A stretch of DNA of 64,000 nucleotides, taken from contig JAXLYU010000009.1 in the NCBI GenBank assembly GCA_046351255.1, positions 421,975-485,974 on the forward strand, in the 5' to 3' direction. This document shows positions 8,058 through 18,564 of the stretch, one piece after another (position 1 is the stretch's first letter; every line of letters begins with the position of its first letter). The position numbers and the translations under genes were made by a program. The stretch comes from Labilithrix sp. GTDB taxonomy: Bacteria; Myxococcota_A; Polyangia; Polyangiales; Polyangiaceae. Under the pieces are notes generated by a model. It ran no database searches and was not told where the DNA came from. It was given only the letters and a program-made list of their open reading frames with translations.

Positions 8058-10403
8058 ATGGCTTCCAAGAAGACGAGCGCGCGTTCGACGATCAGTGGTC
8101 CGTCCAGGAAAGGAGGGTCCGGCTCGAGGGACCTGCCTCAGCGTAAATTCGAGGGCACAGGCGCCCTCGCCGACGCGATGCCGTTCAACGCCACGAAGGC
8201 CGCGGAGTACGGACGCGCGGCGCCGATGCCTCCGGCCGGGGCCACCGCGACACCGCCCGATCCCTCGGTGACGGGGAGCACGCTCACGGAGACGATCGCC
8301 TCCCCGAAGACGGGCTCGGGCAAGCCACGCCTCGGCTTCAGCGCCGGGCAGCTCCCGCTCGACCGTGTGCGGGCGGACTCCTCCGGGCAAGGGTTGACGA
8401 CGAACCACGGCGTACCCGTCGCGGACAACCAGAGCTCGCTCAAGGCGGGCCTTCGCGGACCGGCGCTCCTCGAAGACTTCATCCTGCGCGAGAAGATCAC
8501 GCACTTCGACCACGAGCGTATCCCCGAGCGAATCGTCCATGCCCGCGGCTCCGGAGCCCACGGCTACTTCGAGTGCTATGACTCGCTGAGCGAGGTGACG
8601 CGCGCGTCGCTCTTCGCTCAGAAGGGCAAGCGCACCCCGGTCTTCGTCCGGTTCTCGACCGTCGCCGGTGAGCGCGGCTCGACCGACACCGCGCGCGACG
8701 TCCGCGGCTTCGCGATCAAGTTCTACACCGACGAAGGAAACTGGGACCTCGTCGGGAACAACATCCCCGTCTTCTTCATCCAGGACGCGATGAAGTTTCC
8801 CGACCTCGTCCACGCCGTGAAGCCCGAGCCGCACCACGGCATGCCACAGGCGGCGAGCGCCCACGACACGTTCTGGGACTTCGTCTCGCTGATGCCGGAG
8901 TCGACCCACATGCTGATGTGGGTCATGTCCGATCGCGCGATCCCTCGCAGCTACCGCATGATGCAGGGCTTCGGCGTCCACACCTTCCGCTTCGTGAACG
9001 CGGAAGGAAGATCGATGCTCGTGAAGTTCCATTTCCGCCCGCTCCTCGGCACGCACTCGCTCGACTGGGACGAAGCGGTGAAGATCTCGGGCGCCGATCC
9101 CGATTTTCACCGGCGCGACCTCTGGGAAGCGATCGAGGCGGGCGCATTTCCGGAGTGGGAAATGGGCGTCCAGATCTTCTCGGAGAGGCAGACCGAGAAA
9201 TGGAGCTTCGATTTCCTCGACGCGACGAAGATCGTGCCGGAGGAGCTCGTCCCGGTCCAGCCGATCGGGAAGCTCGTCCTGAATCGCAATCCGGACAACT
9301 TCTTCGCGGAGACGGAGCAGGTCGCGTTCTGCGTCGCTCACGTGGTGCCCGGGCTCGACTTCACGAATGACCCGCTCCTCGCGGGACGAATTCACTCGTA
9401 CGTCGATACCCAGATATCGCGCCTCGGTGGGCCGAACTTCCACGAGCTCCCCATCAACGGCTCCGTCGCGCAGGTCCACAACAACCAGCGGGACGGGATG
9501 CATCGCCAGACCATCCATCGCGGTCGGGTGGCGTACGAGCCGAACTCGCTCGGCGGCGGATGTCCGTTCCAGAACGGCGCCATGAGAGGGTTTACCTCGT
9601 TCCGCGACCCCAATGTCGAGGACAAGGTTCGCGGCAAGCCGGAGAAGTTCGCCGACCACTACTCGCAGGCCGCGCTCTTCTACCGGAGCCAGACGCCCGT
9701 GGAGCAAGCGCATATCCTGCGCGCGTTCCGCTTCGAGCTGACGAAGGTGCAGGTCCCGGCGATTCGCGAGCGCATGGTCGCGAGCTTGCTCAACGTCGAT
9801 CGCGACTTCGCCACGAAGCTCGCCCGGGAGCTCGGGATGGACCTGCCGAAGCCGATGCCGAGAGCGATCAAGCGCCCGCTGCCTCCCGAGGTCGAGGTCT
9901 CGTCGCGACTGTCGCTCACCGCGTTCCCCGGCGACGGCCGCATCCGTACGCGTCGCGTCGCGGTGCTCGTCGCCGACGGGATCGATGGCGCCGAGGCGAT
10001 CCACGCGGCGCTGTCGGCCGAGGGCGCGATCCCGCGCTTTGTCGGCGCGCGCCTCGGGACGGTGAAGACGAAGCAAGGGGAGATCGACGTCGAGGTGACC
10101 TTCGAGACGATGCCGTCCGTCCTCTTCGACGCGTGTGCGATCCCCGACGGAAAGTCTGCCATCGCGTCGCTCGCGGGCATCGGCAACGTGCTCGAGTTCG
10201 TGAAGGACCAGTACCGCCACGCCAAGACCATCCTGGCGCTCGGCGCCGGCGCCGACCTCCTCGCGAAGGCGGGAGCTCCGTCCGACGCGCGCGATCCCGG
10301 CCTGCTCGTGCGCGGTCCGGGACCGAAGGCGGTGCCAGAGTTCATCAAGGCGATCGGCCGCCACCGCCACCACGAGCGCGAGACGGACCCGCCCCGTGTG
10401 TGA
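8058..10403 (+). CDS. katE: large-subunit catalase HPII with C-terminal DJ-1/PfpI-like domain
   Basis: RBS AGGAGGG. Catalase signature '[21 protein letters not shown]'-like ([23 protein letters not shown]), at 781 aa. Confidence 0.92.
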   Translation: [781 protein letters not shown]

Positions 10404-10829
10404 TCAACGCGCGAGGAGCTGGGCGATGGCGGTGCAATAGAGGCCGAAGCCCGCGATGAACAGCGCGAGGGCAGCGCGCAGCGATCGGCTCTTCCGATCG
10501 CGGAGCGCGATGCCCGCGCGCAGCGTCGCGAGGATGTCGTCCTGGATGGTCTGGGTGAGCCACTTGAGGCGAAGCACACCGCCGACGCCGACCGCCGCCG
10601 CGAAGAGCACGAGGAAGAGGCCGCTGATGATGCAGATGCGCGCGAGGAGGCTCGTCTCCGCGATGGCCCGGCCCGAGAAGCCGGTCACCGTGATGACGAT
10701 GCCGCTCAGCGAGAGCACGACTTGCGTGCGGAGCACGAGGACCGCGAGCTGACTCTCGACCATCGCGAAGGCCTTCGACTTCGAGCCTTCACAGAGATCG
10801 AGAATCGCACGGGCCTCGTCATCGCTCAC
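10404..10829 (-). CDS. small membrane protein, hypothetical
   Basis: Three to four hydrophobic helices at 141 aa. Confidence 0.45.
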   Translation of the reverse strand: MSDDEARAILDLCEGSKSKAFAMVESQLAVLVLRTQVVLSLSGIVITVTGFSGRAIAETSLLARICIISGLFLVLFAAAVGVGGVLRLKWLTQTIQDDILATLRAGIALRDRKSRSLRAALALFIAGFGLYCTAIAQLLAR

Positions 10830-10861
10830 ATTTCGTCAGTACCCCGAAACGCGGCGGTTTG

Positions 10862-11287
10862 CTACTTCGCGGCCGCGGTCCAGGTCGCGCCGCCGACGAG
10901 GGTGTCCTCGCCATCGACGGTGGCGTGGAGCTCGATCTCGATCTCCTTGCCCGCCAGATCGGCGCCGAGCACGTTCGTCTCGCCTTCCTTGCACGAGAGC
11001 GTGTCGCCCTTGTCGAGCTTCTGGTTGGTGTTGACGTCGTTCGTGGTGCAGGCGAGGTCGATCGCGTCCTTGTCGGGCGCCTTCGCCTTCACCACGATCT
11101 TCTCGAGCGGATAGCCCTCCTCGGGGGCGTCCTTCACCGTGACCGTGACGGCGTCGTCGTTCGCGTTGTCGGTCAGCGGGGTCTTCGAGCCTTCGACCGT
11201 GATCTCGCCGTCACCGCTGGAACAGCCGGCCAGGAGGGCGACAGAGAGAGCGAGGAGCGAGATGAAGTGGGTCTTGGTCATGGTCAT
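10862..11287 (-). CDS. lipoprotein, hypothetical
   Basis: Signal peptide plus lipobox LLAGC. Confidence 0.55.
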   Translation of the reverse strand: MTMTKTHFISLLALSVALLAGCSSGDGEITVEGSKTPLTDNANDDAVTVTVKDAPEEGYPLEKIVVKAKAPDKDAIDLACTTNDVNTNQKLDKGDTLSCKEGETNVLGADLAGKEIEIELHATVDGEDTLVGGATWTAAAK

Positions 11288-11374
11288 TCTCCAGTCGAGT
11301 GAAGGGAGCGGGGGATTTCCGCTGACCAGGAAGATGCGGCGCTTCAGCCGTCGGCGCGACTGGCACGAAATGAC

Positions 11375-12316
11375 ATGAGCGCCTCCGCGCGGTCGGGCGC
11401 GGGTGCGGCCCTCGCGCTCTTCGCGTCCTTCCTTCGCCGGGGCTCACCGATTCCTCACCGATTCCCCGCGGCGGTCGTGCATCATGGGACATGGCCTTGG
11501 AGCGCCGCTGGTACACGGCGCACACCGTTGCAAGTCGGTGAGCTCCGCGCGCTGATCGAGGGCGGCGGCGTGGCGGACCGCGCCTTCGCCGACGGGGTCA
11601 TCCGCATGAAGCGCGGAGAGCTCGTGACTCTGCATCCGCTCCTCGTGGAGACGGCCGCGCGCGTACACGGAGCGCTTCGCGCGCGCATCGTCGATGGGCT
11701 CCGCGGCGACGAGCTCCGCTCGATCTTCGACGCGCAGCCGGAGGTGGACGGGGAGGGGCGCGATCACTTCGTCGAGGAGGTGCTCGGGATCGCTTATCCG
11801 CCCCTCGAGGAGTCGACGCCGGGGCCGGAGCAGATCCCGTACCTGCCGAGCGGATATGCGGAGATTGTGCACGCATTCGACGCGACCGGCCTGAGGGCAG
11901 GGGAGACGTTCTTCGATATCGGCGCGGGGCTCGGCAAGGCGGTGATGCTGGCGGAGCTCCTCACGGGGGCGACGGCGGTGGGCGTGGAGCTCGATGCGGT
12001 GTTGCACGCGGAGGCCACACATGCGGCGCGGGCGCTCGGCCTCCGCTCGGCCTTCACGTGCGGAGACGCCCGCACCGCGCCGTGGCCGGCGCGCGCGGAC
12101 GTCGTCTTCATGTACTTGCCATTCACGGGGACCGTGCTCGAGGCGGTGATGGTGCGCGTCGACGCCCTCGCGCCTCGCTTCGTGTGCGCGGGGACGCTCG
12201 ACCGCGCGCGCCATCCGTCGCTGCACGTGCTCGGCGCGCCCAGGTCCTGGCTGCAGATCTATGCCGCGGGGAGCTCGAGCGTGACCGACGAGTCGTCGGA
12301 TCCGCCGACCACGTAA
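11375..12316 (+). CDS. class I SAM-dependent methyltransferase
   Basis: Motif I 'FFDIGAGLGK'. The true start is possibly downstream of 11375. Confidence 0.5.
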   Translation: MSASARSGAGAALALFASFLRRGSPIPHRFPAAVVHHGTWPWSAAGTRRTPLQVGELRALIEGGGVADRAFADGVIRMKRGELVTLHPLLVETAARVHGALRARIVDGLRGDELRSIFDAQPEVDGEGRDHFVEEVLGIAYPPLEESTPGPEQIPYLPSGYAEIVHAFDATGLRAGETFFDIGAGLGKAVMLAELLTGATAVGVELDAVLHAEATHAARALGLRSAFTCGDARTAPWPARADVVFMYLPFTGTVLEAVMVRVDALAPRFVCAGTLDRARHPSLHVLGAPRSWLQIYAAGSSSVTDESSDPPTT

Positions 12317-12906
12317 CCGGCGCGCCAGACGTCGTAGTAGCGCCGGGCGTCCGCGCGAGCGGCGAGGGCGACGGCGCGCGCGAGGTGCGGGCGCTCCGGG
12401 AAACGGGCGAGGACGGCGGCCTGGACCGTCTCGTCGAGGAGATGACCGCCGACGAGCTCGGGCATGCCTTCGAAGTCCTCGCCGAGCGGGCGCCAGCGGA
12501 CGCGCGCTCCGCCGATCGCGGACTCGGCCTGCTCGACGCCCTCGGGATCGGCGGCGAGGAGGATGGCGGTCTCGAGCTGCGGCGCGTCACGCCAGCGCTT
12601 CCGATCGACCCAGGATCTTGGCGCGATGCGCGCCCAGATGTCCATGAGCTCTCCGTCGCGATCGCCGCGCGAGAGCCGGCGCCACTCGCGCTCGAGGGCG
12701 GTCATGCTCGCGGTGACGACGCCGTTCTTCGCGGCGAAGACCTCGGCGCGGAGCGCCTCGATGCGGCGCTCGCAGTCGGCGACCGCGCGCGCGCGCTCGC
12801 TCGCGAACGCCTGCGCCATGCGCTCGGCCTCGGCGCGGCACTCCGCGAGCCGGGGCCGCGCAGGCCGGAGGAGCGAATCCACGACCCGCAGCCAAGCTTC
12901 GCGCAT
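12259..12906 (-). CDS. hypothetical protein
   Basis: ORF with good codon bias. It overlaps the 3' end of the methyltransferase gene convergently. Confidence 0.4.
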   Translation of the reverse strand: MREAWLRVVDSLLRPARPRLAECRAEAERMAQAFASERARAVADCERRIEALRAEVFAAKNGVVTASMTALEREWRRLSRGDRDGELMDIWARIAPRSWVDRKRWRDAPQLETAILLAADPEGVEQAESAIGGARVRWRPLGEDFEGMPELVGGHLLDETVQAAVLARFPERPHLARAVALAARADARRYYDVWRAGYVVGGSDDSSVTLELPAA

Positions 12907-12961
12907 GAGAAAACTCCAGCAGATCACGAGAGGCGGGGCAACCCGCGCGTCCCTGCCCGGA

Positions 12962-13957
12962 TCAGGGCGTGTGCGTGCTCGTCGCGGGCGGGGGCTTGCC
13001 GAAGAAGTCCGAGCCGTCGCCGCCGAAGCCCCAGTGGTCGCTCGGGCGATCGAGCTGCGTGTAGCAATCCTGGAACGACTGGGTCATCGGCTTGCCCGCG
13101 ATGGCGGCCTTCATCGCGCAGACAGCCGCCTTGTCCGACGGGCCGACGGCGAGGTCGTTGATGCCGGCGGCGTACTTCTGGCTCTTGGCCGTCTTCTGCA
13201 CCGCCGTGAGCATCGGGTCGTTGTAGGCCTGGCACGCGAGCCAGATGTTCGTGACCTCGAGGTTGAAGCTCACGCTCGCCGCGAACTCGCGCGCGGTGAT
13301 GGCGCCGTCGTAGACGACGATCTCGTTCGTGTTCGCGTCGCCGTCGTAGAAGTTGCCGACGAGCTTCGGGCACGCCATGTAGTTGAGCCAGGCGTCGTGC
13401 GTCGCCTGGGACTTCATGAGGCGCACCGTCTTCAGGCCCGCCGCCTCGGCCGCGTCACCCGCCTCGTTCGCCCAGCCGATCTCCGACGCGATGTTGTTCG
13501 GGCAGAGGGTCACGAACTGCACCTCCGGATCGGGGCAGTGGTAGGTCGGCGCGGTCGTGCCGTGCACCTGCTCCTCCTCCGTGCGGATGTAGTTCGGGCT
13601 GATACGCGTGATCTTGTTGGTCTCGTCGACATCGAGGCGTGTGATGGTGAGCTTGTGGAAGCCCTCCGTCAGGAGCTGCACCACGAGGTGCGTGCTGCCG
13701 TCCTCGGCGGCGATCTCCTCGACCTTCGCCTCGCGCATTCCGCCGAGGTTCAGGCTGGAGCGGACCAGGCCCGCCAGGACCTCGTCCGGGCGCCCCTTCT
13801 GCCGCAGCGCCCGGTCGTTGTGGATGACGGTCACGGGCACGTTCGCGCCGAGATCGCTCGAGACGCCCTCGCTCGGGTCGTCGGACCCCGATTCCGTCGC
13901 GCAGGCGACGAGGACGAGGGCGAGCGTGGCGACCGGGAGGAGGCGGCGACGAATCAT
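12962..13957 (-). CDS. lipoprotein, hypothetical
   Basis: Signal peptide plus lipobox LVACA, 331 aa. Confidence 0.55.
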   Translation of the reverse strand: MIRRRLLPVATLALVLVACATESGSDDPSEGVSSDLGANVPVTVIHNDRALRQKGRPDEVLAGLVRSSLNLGGMREAKVEEIAAEDGSTHLVVQLLTEGFHKLTITRLDVDETNKITRISPNYIRTEEEQVHGTTAPTYHCPDPEVQFVTLCPNNIASEIGWANEAGDAAEAAGLKTVRLMKSQATHDAWLNYMACPKLVGNFYDGDANTNEIVVYDGAITAREFAASVSFNLEVTNIWLACQAYNDPMLTAVQKTAKSQKYAAGINDLAVGPSDKAAVCAMKAAIAGKPMTQSFQDCYTQLDRPSDHWGFGGDGSDFFGKPPPATSTHTP

Positions 13958-14007
13958 GGGCGCCTACGTGCCTTTGTGCGTGGCGAAACGCAACGCGTTC
14001 CGGACGA

Positions 14008-15279
14008 TTGATGGGTCTCAAGAACATCTCTCGGTGCCAGAATGGCGGGCCGATGGTCGACCCCGCCGCCGAACAGTCGACCCCCACCCCGAGCGTCCGT
14101 CTCGAACGCATCCTGCCGTTCCTGACGCTCACCGTGTTCCTCGACCTCGTCGGCTTCGGGATCATCCTCCCGCTCCTGCCCTCGTACATCGCGGAGATGG
14201 GAGGGACGCCGCAGATGGTCGGTGTCCTCCTCGCGTCGTTCGCCGCGTCGCAGCTCGTCGCGACCCCGATCCTCGGGCGCATCTCCGATCGCTACGGTCG
14301 CCGTCGCGTCATCGTGCAGTCCCTCGTCGCCAACGTCATCGCGATGATGGTGTTCGCGGTGGCCGCGTCGCGCCACGCGCTCTGGCTGCTCTTCGTGTCG
14401 CGCCTCATCGCCGGCGCGACCTCGGGGAACATCGGCGCGTGTCAGGCCGCGATCGCCGACATCGCGAGCGGTCCCGAGCGCGTGCGCGCCATGGGACGCC
14501 TCGGCGCCGGCATCGGCCTCGGCATGATGCTCGGGCCGTGGATCGGCGGTCGTGCGAGCGCCCTCGGCGAGATCGCGCCGCCCCTCGCGGCGGCGGGCAT
14601 GGCGCTCGTCGCGCTCGCGGGCGTGATGGTGTTCCTGCCCGAGACGAACCCGGCCGTCGTCTCCGATGACCCGAAGGCGAAGCCGGTCGCGCGCCCGCGC
14701 CTCTCGCTCGGCGCGCTCCTGTCGAATCCGAAGATCGTGATCGTCATGGGGCTCTACTTCCTCTCTTTCCTCTACATGACGAACCTTGCCACTGCGCTCG
14801 CGCTGCTCGCGGGCGACCGATTTCAGTGGGGCAAGGACCGCGTCGGCGATCTGTTCGGTCTCTTCGGCCTCGTCTCGCTCGTCACGCAGTTCGTGATCGT
14901 GGGGCCGGTCTCGAGGCGGGTCTCCTCCGCCAACGTCGTGCTCGGCGCCGGCCTCCTCGCCGCCGCCGCGCTCGGCACGATCGGGTTTACCCCCGTCTCG
15001 GCCGGCCTCGTCGTCGGCATCGTCATGCTCGCCACCGCGGTCGGGCTCACGCAGCCGCAGCTCGCATCGCTCGCGAGCCATTTCGCCGGCCCGTCCCAGC
15101 AAGGGACCGTGCTCGGTTTTTCACAGGCGTCCGGCAGCCTCGCCCGCGCGATCGGGCCGTTGCTCTGGGGCGCCCTCTATCAACACTTCGGACCGACGGC
15201 CTCGTTCATCGGCGGAGCCTTCGCGGCCATCTTTGCCGCCGCGGCCTCCGTCCGCGCGCGCGGCGGCGCCGACGCCTGA
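14008..15279 (+). CDS. MFS transporter
   Basis: About 12 TM segments and an MFS motif 'GRISDRYGRRRV'. Confidence 0.8.
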   Translation: MMGLKNISRCQNGGPMVDPAAEQSTPTPSVRLERILPFLTLTVFLDLVGFGIILPLLPSYIAEMGGTPQMVGVLLASFAASQLVATPILGRISDRYGRRRVIVQSLVANVIAMMVFAVAASRHALWLLFVSRLIAGATSGNIGACQAAIADIASGPERVRAMGRLGAGIGLGMMLGPWIGGRASALGEIAPPLAAAGMALVALAGVMVFLPETNPAVVSDDPKAKPVARPRLSLGALLSNPKIVIVMGLYFLSFLYMTNLATALALLAGDRFQWGKDRVGDLFGLFGLVSLVTQFVIVGPVSRRVSSANVVLGAGLLAAAALGTIGFTPVSAGLVVGIVMLATAVGLTQPQLASLASHFAGPSQQGTVLGFSQASGSLARAIGPLLWGALYQHFGPTASFIGGAFAAIFAAAASVRARGGADA

Positions 15280-15344
15280 CGTCGAGCCGCTGAATCGTCC
15301 TGGGTCATCGACGTGGAGATAGCCTGAAGCGGCGGAGTGAGGAC

Positions 15345-16376
15345 CTAGCAGTCCATCGTCCAGCGCGTGCGGCTCTTCAGCAGCTCGATGATCTCGCTCT
15401 TCGAGAGCTTGTTCTCCTCGTCGAGCTGCACGTACGCGTTGGCGAGCCAGTTGTACCGGCCGAGCATCAGGTAAAGCCACACCATGAAGAAGTCGATGCC
15501 CGCGAAGACGACCGCGCGCTCCTTCGCGTACGTGCCGATGTTCTGCGAGAACTCCTCCGGCATCTCCGTCCAGTGCCGCGTCTGCTTGAGATGATGGCCA
15601 ATGTGATAACCGTCATTGAAGCAGCGGCGGTTGTAGCCGACGTTGATGCACGTGATGCTGTTCCGGTAACAGTTTCCGGGCGCCGCCTCGTCCACGAACG
15701 CGTGCTGGCCCCAGTTCCCGCACATCATGAGGAGGCGGGTGAGGAGATACGGGCCGATGAACACGGCGAGCGCCGCGCGCCAGTCGACGAAGTAGGCGAG
15801 CGGAATGACGATCGCGAAGTAGATGAGCTCGCCCGCGACCGCCTTCACCGCCAGCGACTTGCGGTTCTTGCGCACGAAGTAGCGCGGGAGCTCGAAGATG
15901 ACGCCGAAGAAGAAGCGGCTGAAGTAGCGCGTGAAGCCCCACACCGAGTCGCGGCGGTACCGCAGCGTCGTCGACACGTCGTCCGCGAGGTTGTTCTCGG
16001 GGTGGTGCATGCCCACGTGATGCGCGAAGTACGTGTCCGGCGTCTCGCCGAAGAACGGGCCGAGGAACCACGGGATGTAGTGGTTGAGGCGCGCCCACTT
16101 CTTGTTGAAGAGCTTCCGGTGGCTCGTGTTGTGGAGCATGAGGATGTACGGCCCCATGAACCAGGCCACGCCCACGTCGTGCAGGGCGGCGTGCCACCAG
16201 CGGAATCCGAAGACGAACATCGCGATGCCGCTCGGCACCATCGTGAACGACAGGAGGAGGAGCAAACGGACGAACGGGACGTCCCGGACGTCGTTGATGA
16301 AGCTCAGCGACAGGCGCTCGAACCAGCTCTCCTCGGCCTGCGTAAACGTCGGATCGGAGAGGCTGATGTGCTGCAT
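15345..16376 (-). CDS. membrane fatty-acid desaturase family protein
   Basis: Three His boxes (HNTSHRKLF, HHVGMHH, HIGHH) plus TM segments. Confidence 0.75.
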   Translation of the reverse strand: MQHISLSDPTFTQAEESWFERLSLSFINDVRDVPFVRLLLLLSFTMVPSGIAMFVFGFRWWHAALHDVGVAWFMGPYILMLHNTSHRKLFNKKWARLNHYIPWFLGPFFGETPDTYFAHHVGMHHPENNLADDVSTTLRYRRDSVWGFTRYFSRFFFGVIFELPRYFVRKNRKSLAVKAVAGELIYFAIVIPLAYFVDWRAALAVFIGPYLLTRLLMMCGNWGQHAFVDEAAPGNCYRNSITCINVGYNRRCFNDGYHIGHHLKQTRHWTEMPEEFSQNIGTYAKERAVVFAGIDFFMVWLYLMLGRYNWLANAYVQLDEENKLSKSEIIELLKSRTRWTMDC

Positions 16377-16399
16377 GGGCGCGCGGCTTCATAGCACGC

Positions 16400-17299
16400 T
16401 CACGTCCGCGGCGGCAGGCGGTTCAGCATCTCGACGAACGGCGGCGGCGGGTAAAATTCGAGCGTGTTTCCGACGACTTGTGCAGGGAGGCGCGTCAGGG
16501 CATGGCCGGGCTGCCACCAGTAGAGGGAAGGGGAGATGGAGCCAGGACCCTCATGGCACATCGTCGGGATGACCTGGAGCATGGACTGGACGGCGACGAC
16601 GACGCGGCGGTCCTCGATGCGATGGAACACGAAGGTGTGCCGGCGGGGAACCGCCACCACGCAGCCGGACGGTGTCGACGGGCCGACATACGCCTCGAGG
16701 AAGAGCACATGAGACGCCGCGCAGTAGGTCCGGTCGCCTTCGACGACGTGGACCATCGCGCCGTCACCGACGTCGAGCGCCGGCGCTCGCAGCAGGCCCT
16801 CCGCGCGGACGTTGGCGAGCGCGAGGTGCCAGAGGTCCGCGCGGGACGCCGGCCACCTCACCGCGTCGTCGCGTCTCACGGTCGTGAGCATCTCCGGCTG
16901 GTCGAGCGTGAGCACGGCGAGGAGGTCGTCTGCGATGTCCCACGACACGAACGGTGCGCTCGGCGCCGTCTCCCGGTGCCACACGCGGAGCTTGAGCGTC
17001 GAGCGGATCGTCTCGAAGCTCCCGGCGAGGTCCTCGGCGCCGCTGCCGGGCGCCGTGGCGCGAAGCGCGATCCCGAAGTGATGGTCGATGAGGCCGGGCC
17101 ACCGGTCCCACGGGAGGCGATGGCACATCTGCGCGAGGTTCGACAGACCGAGCGTTCGTCCGTCGGCGAGGCGCACGCAGCCGGCGTCGCCGTCGACCTC
17201 GTGTCCGAGGCCGCGCGTCTGGAGAGCGTCGCTCACGAGGTTCAGGAAGTGCCCCCACGGGGCGTCCTGATAGAACGAGGCCCACGCCGGGACGGCCAT
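16400..17299 (-). CDS. hypothetical protein
   Basis: 299-aa ORF immediately downstream of the desaturase gene. Confidence 0.5.
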   Translation of the reverse strand: MAVPAWASFYQDAPWGHFLNLVSDALQTRGLGHEVDGDAGCVRLADGRTLGLSNLAQMCHRLPWDRWPGLIDHHFGIALRATAPGSGAEDLAGSFETIRSTLKLRVWHRETAPSAPFVSWDIADDLLAVLTLDQPEMLTTVRRDDAVRWPASRADLWHLALANVRAEGLLRAPALDVGDGAMVHVVEGDRTYCAASHVLFLEAYVGPSTPSGCVVAVPRRHTFVFHRIEDRRVVVAVQSMLQVIPTMCHEGPGSISPSLYWWQPGHALTRLPAQVVGNTLEFYPPPPFVEMLNRLPPRT

Positions 17300-17317
17300 G
17301 GGCGCGAGGATATGCGA

Positions 17318-18220
17318 TTACGAAGGACGGCGCGCGACGGTGAGCGACCGCTCGGGCACGTCGGCGGCATAGTCCACGAGCTTGCTCTCCGCGCGCACAC
17401 TCGACTCGATGACGAAGCCGCACTCGTGGAGCAATTCGACCTGGCGCACCCGCTCCGCCTCCGTGTGATTCATGATGATCACGGTCCCGCCGGGCCGGAG
17501 CAGGGAATAGGCGCGATCGAACATGCGCTTCGGGGAAAAGAACTTTCGCGGCAGTCCCCAGCGCACCAGCGCGTATTCGAGGACGAAGGGAAAGAAGAAA
17601 GAGATGACGTCGATAGAAGCGGCGGGCGCCTCGTAGCGGAGAAAGTCGGCGACGCAATAGTCGACGCTGGCGCCGTCGACCTCGGCCGCGAACGCCTCCG
17701 CGTGCTCTTTGCGTGAATGGAGGTCGTCGTAGACGCGATGACCTTCGAGCTCGATGCCCGTGAGCGTGATGTCGTCGGCGATGCGACCGAGCCACCGCGC
17801 GAGGGCGAACGCGTAGCGGAAGTCCTGACTGCCGACGTCGAGCGCGCGAACGCGCTCCTGCGGCGGTAGCGCGAGGCGATCGAGGATGTCGAGCACGTAG
17901 AGGTTCTCGCGATAGGCGTGCACCGTGGAGGCGCCGCGGAGGCGCTCGAGGTCGTAGCGCTTGCAGAGCTGGTGCTCACGTTGTGCGAGGGCGCGGGAGC
18001 CCTCGAAGAGTCCGTCCTTGGGCTCATTGCCGTGCACGACGGGCCCGCGGGTCCAGGCGAGCTTCCTCCGGATGGCGAAGGAGATCGCGTTCACGGGGGC
18101 GAGGGCGAAGAGCAGCGGCGTCGCGTCGACCTGGCGGCCACTCAGGAGCCATCGTCCGAGCAGACACGCCACCGCCGCCGCCGCAAACCACCAACCCTTC
18201 ACGAGCCGTGGTCCGTTCAA
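17318..18220 (-). CDS. putative SAM-dependent methyltransferase-like protein
   Basis: 'ALDVGSQDFRY' motif I-like segment, with an N-terminal TM/signal segment. Confidence 0.4.
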   Translation of the reverse strand: MNGPRLVKGWWFAAAAVACLLGRWLLSGRQVDATPLLFALAPVNAISFAIRRKLAWTRGPVVHGNEPKDGLFEGSRALAQREHQLCKRYDLERLRGASTVHAYRENLYVLDILDRLALPPQERVRALDVGSQDFRYAFALARWLGRIADDITLTGIELEGHRVYDDLHSRKEHAEAFAAEVDGASVDYCVADFLRYEAPAASIDVISFFFPFVLEYALVRWGLPRKFFSPKRMFDRAYSLLRPGGTVIIMNHTEAERVRQVELLHECGFVIESSVRAESKLVDYAADVPERSLTVARRPS

Positions 18221-18564
18221 GTCGCGTGCCGCGCGCGATCGTCACGGTCTTGACGGTCGGGCAAGCTCGCACCTCGGTCCCGATCCCGGCAGGGCCTCCC
18301 TGAACTCTTTGCAGACCAAAAACCGGCCGAAGACGGAAAGTCCGCAAATCGTTCCACGAGACGCCCCCGAGGAGCGAGCGCTCGGTCCTGTCCACAAAAC
18401 GGACGATAGACGGCGAATCCCGGATCCCGAAGAATGAGCGTAGGTGGCGCCCGTGCACTCGTATTGGCGTTCACGCTTCTTGCTTTGATAAGGTTTCGTT
18501 TGTCGTCTTGCGCACCGTGCTCCGGGATCGCCCGTGCGCGTGCCGACGAAGAAGGGACACGAAC

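Noticed and set aside
6132-10373. 1413-aa minus-strand ORF spanning mqo and katE
   Set aside because: It is the antisense of two well-supported plus-strand genes. Arg/Ala/Gly-rich low-complexity translation is typical of a high-GC shadow ORF.
18221-18564. Sigma54 (-24/-12) promoter candidates such as TGGCGCCCGTGCAC and TGGCGTTCACGCTTCTTGC
   Set aside because: The GG/GC spacing does not fit the TGGCAC-N5-TTGC consensus.
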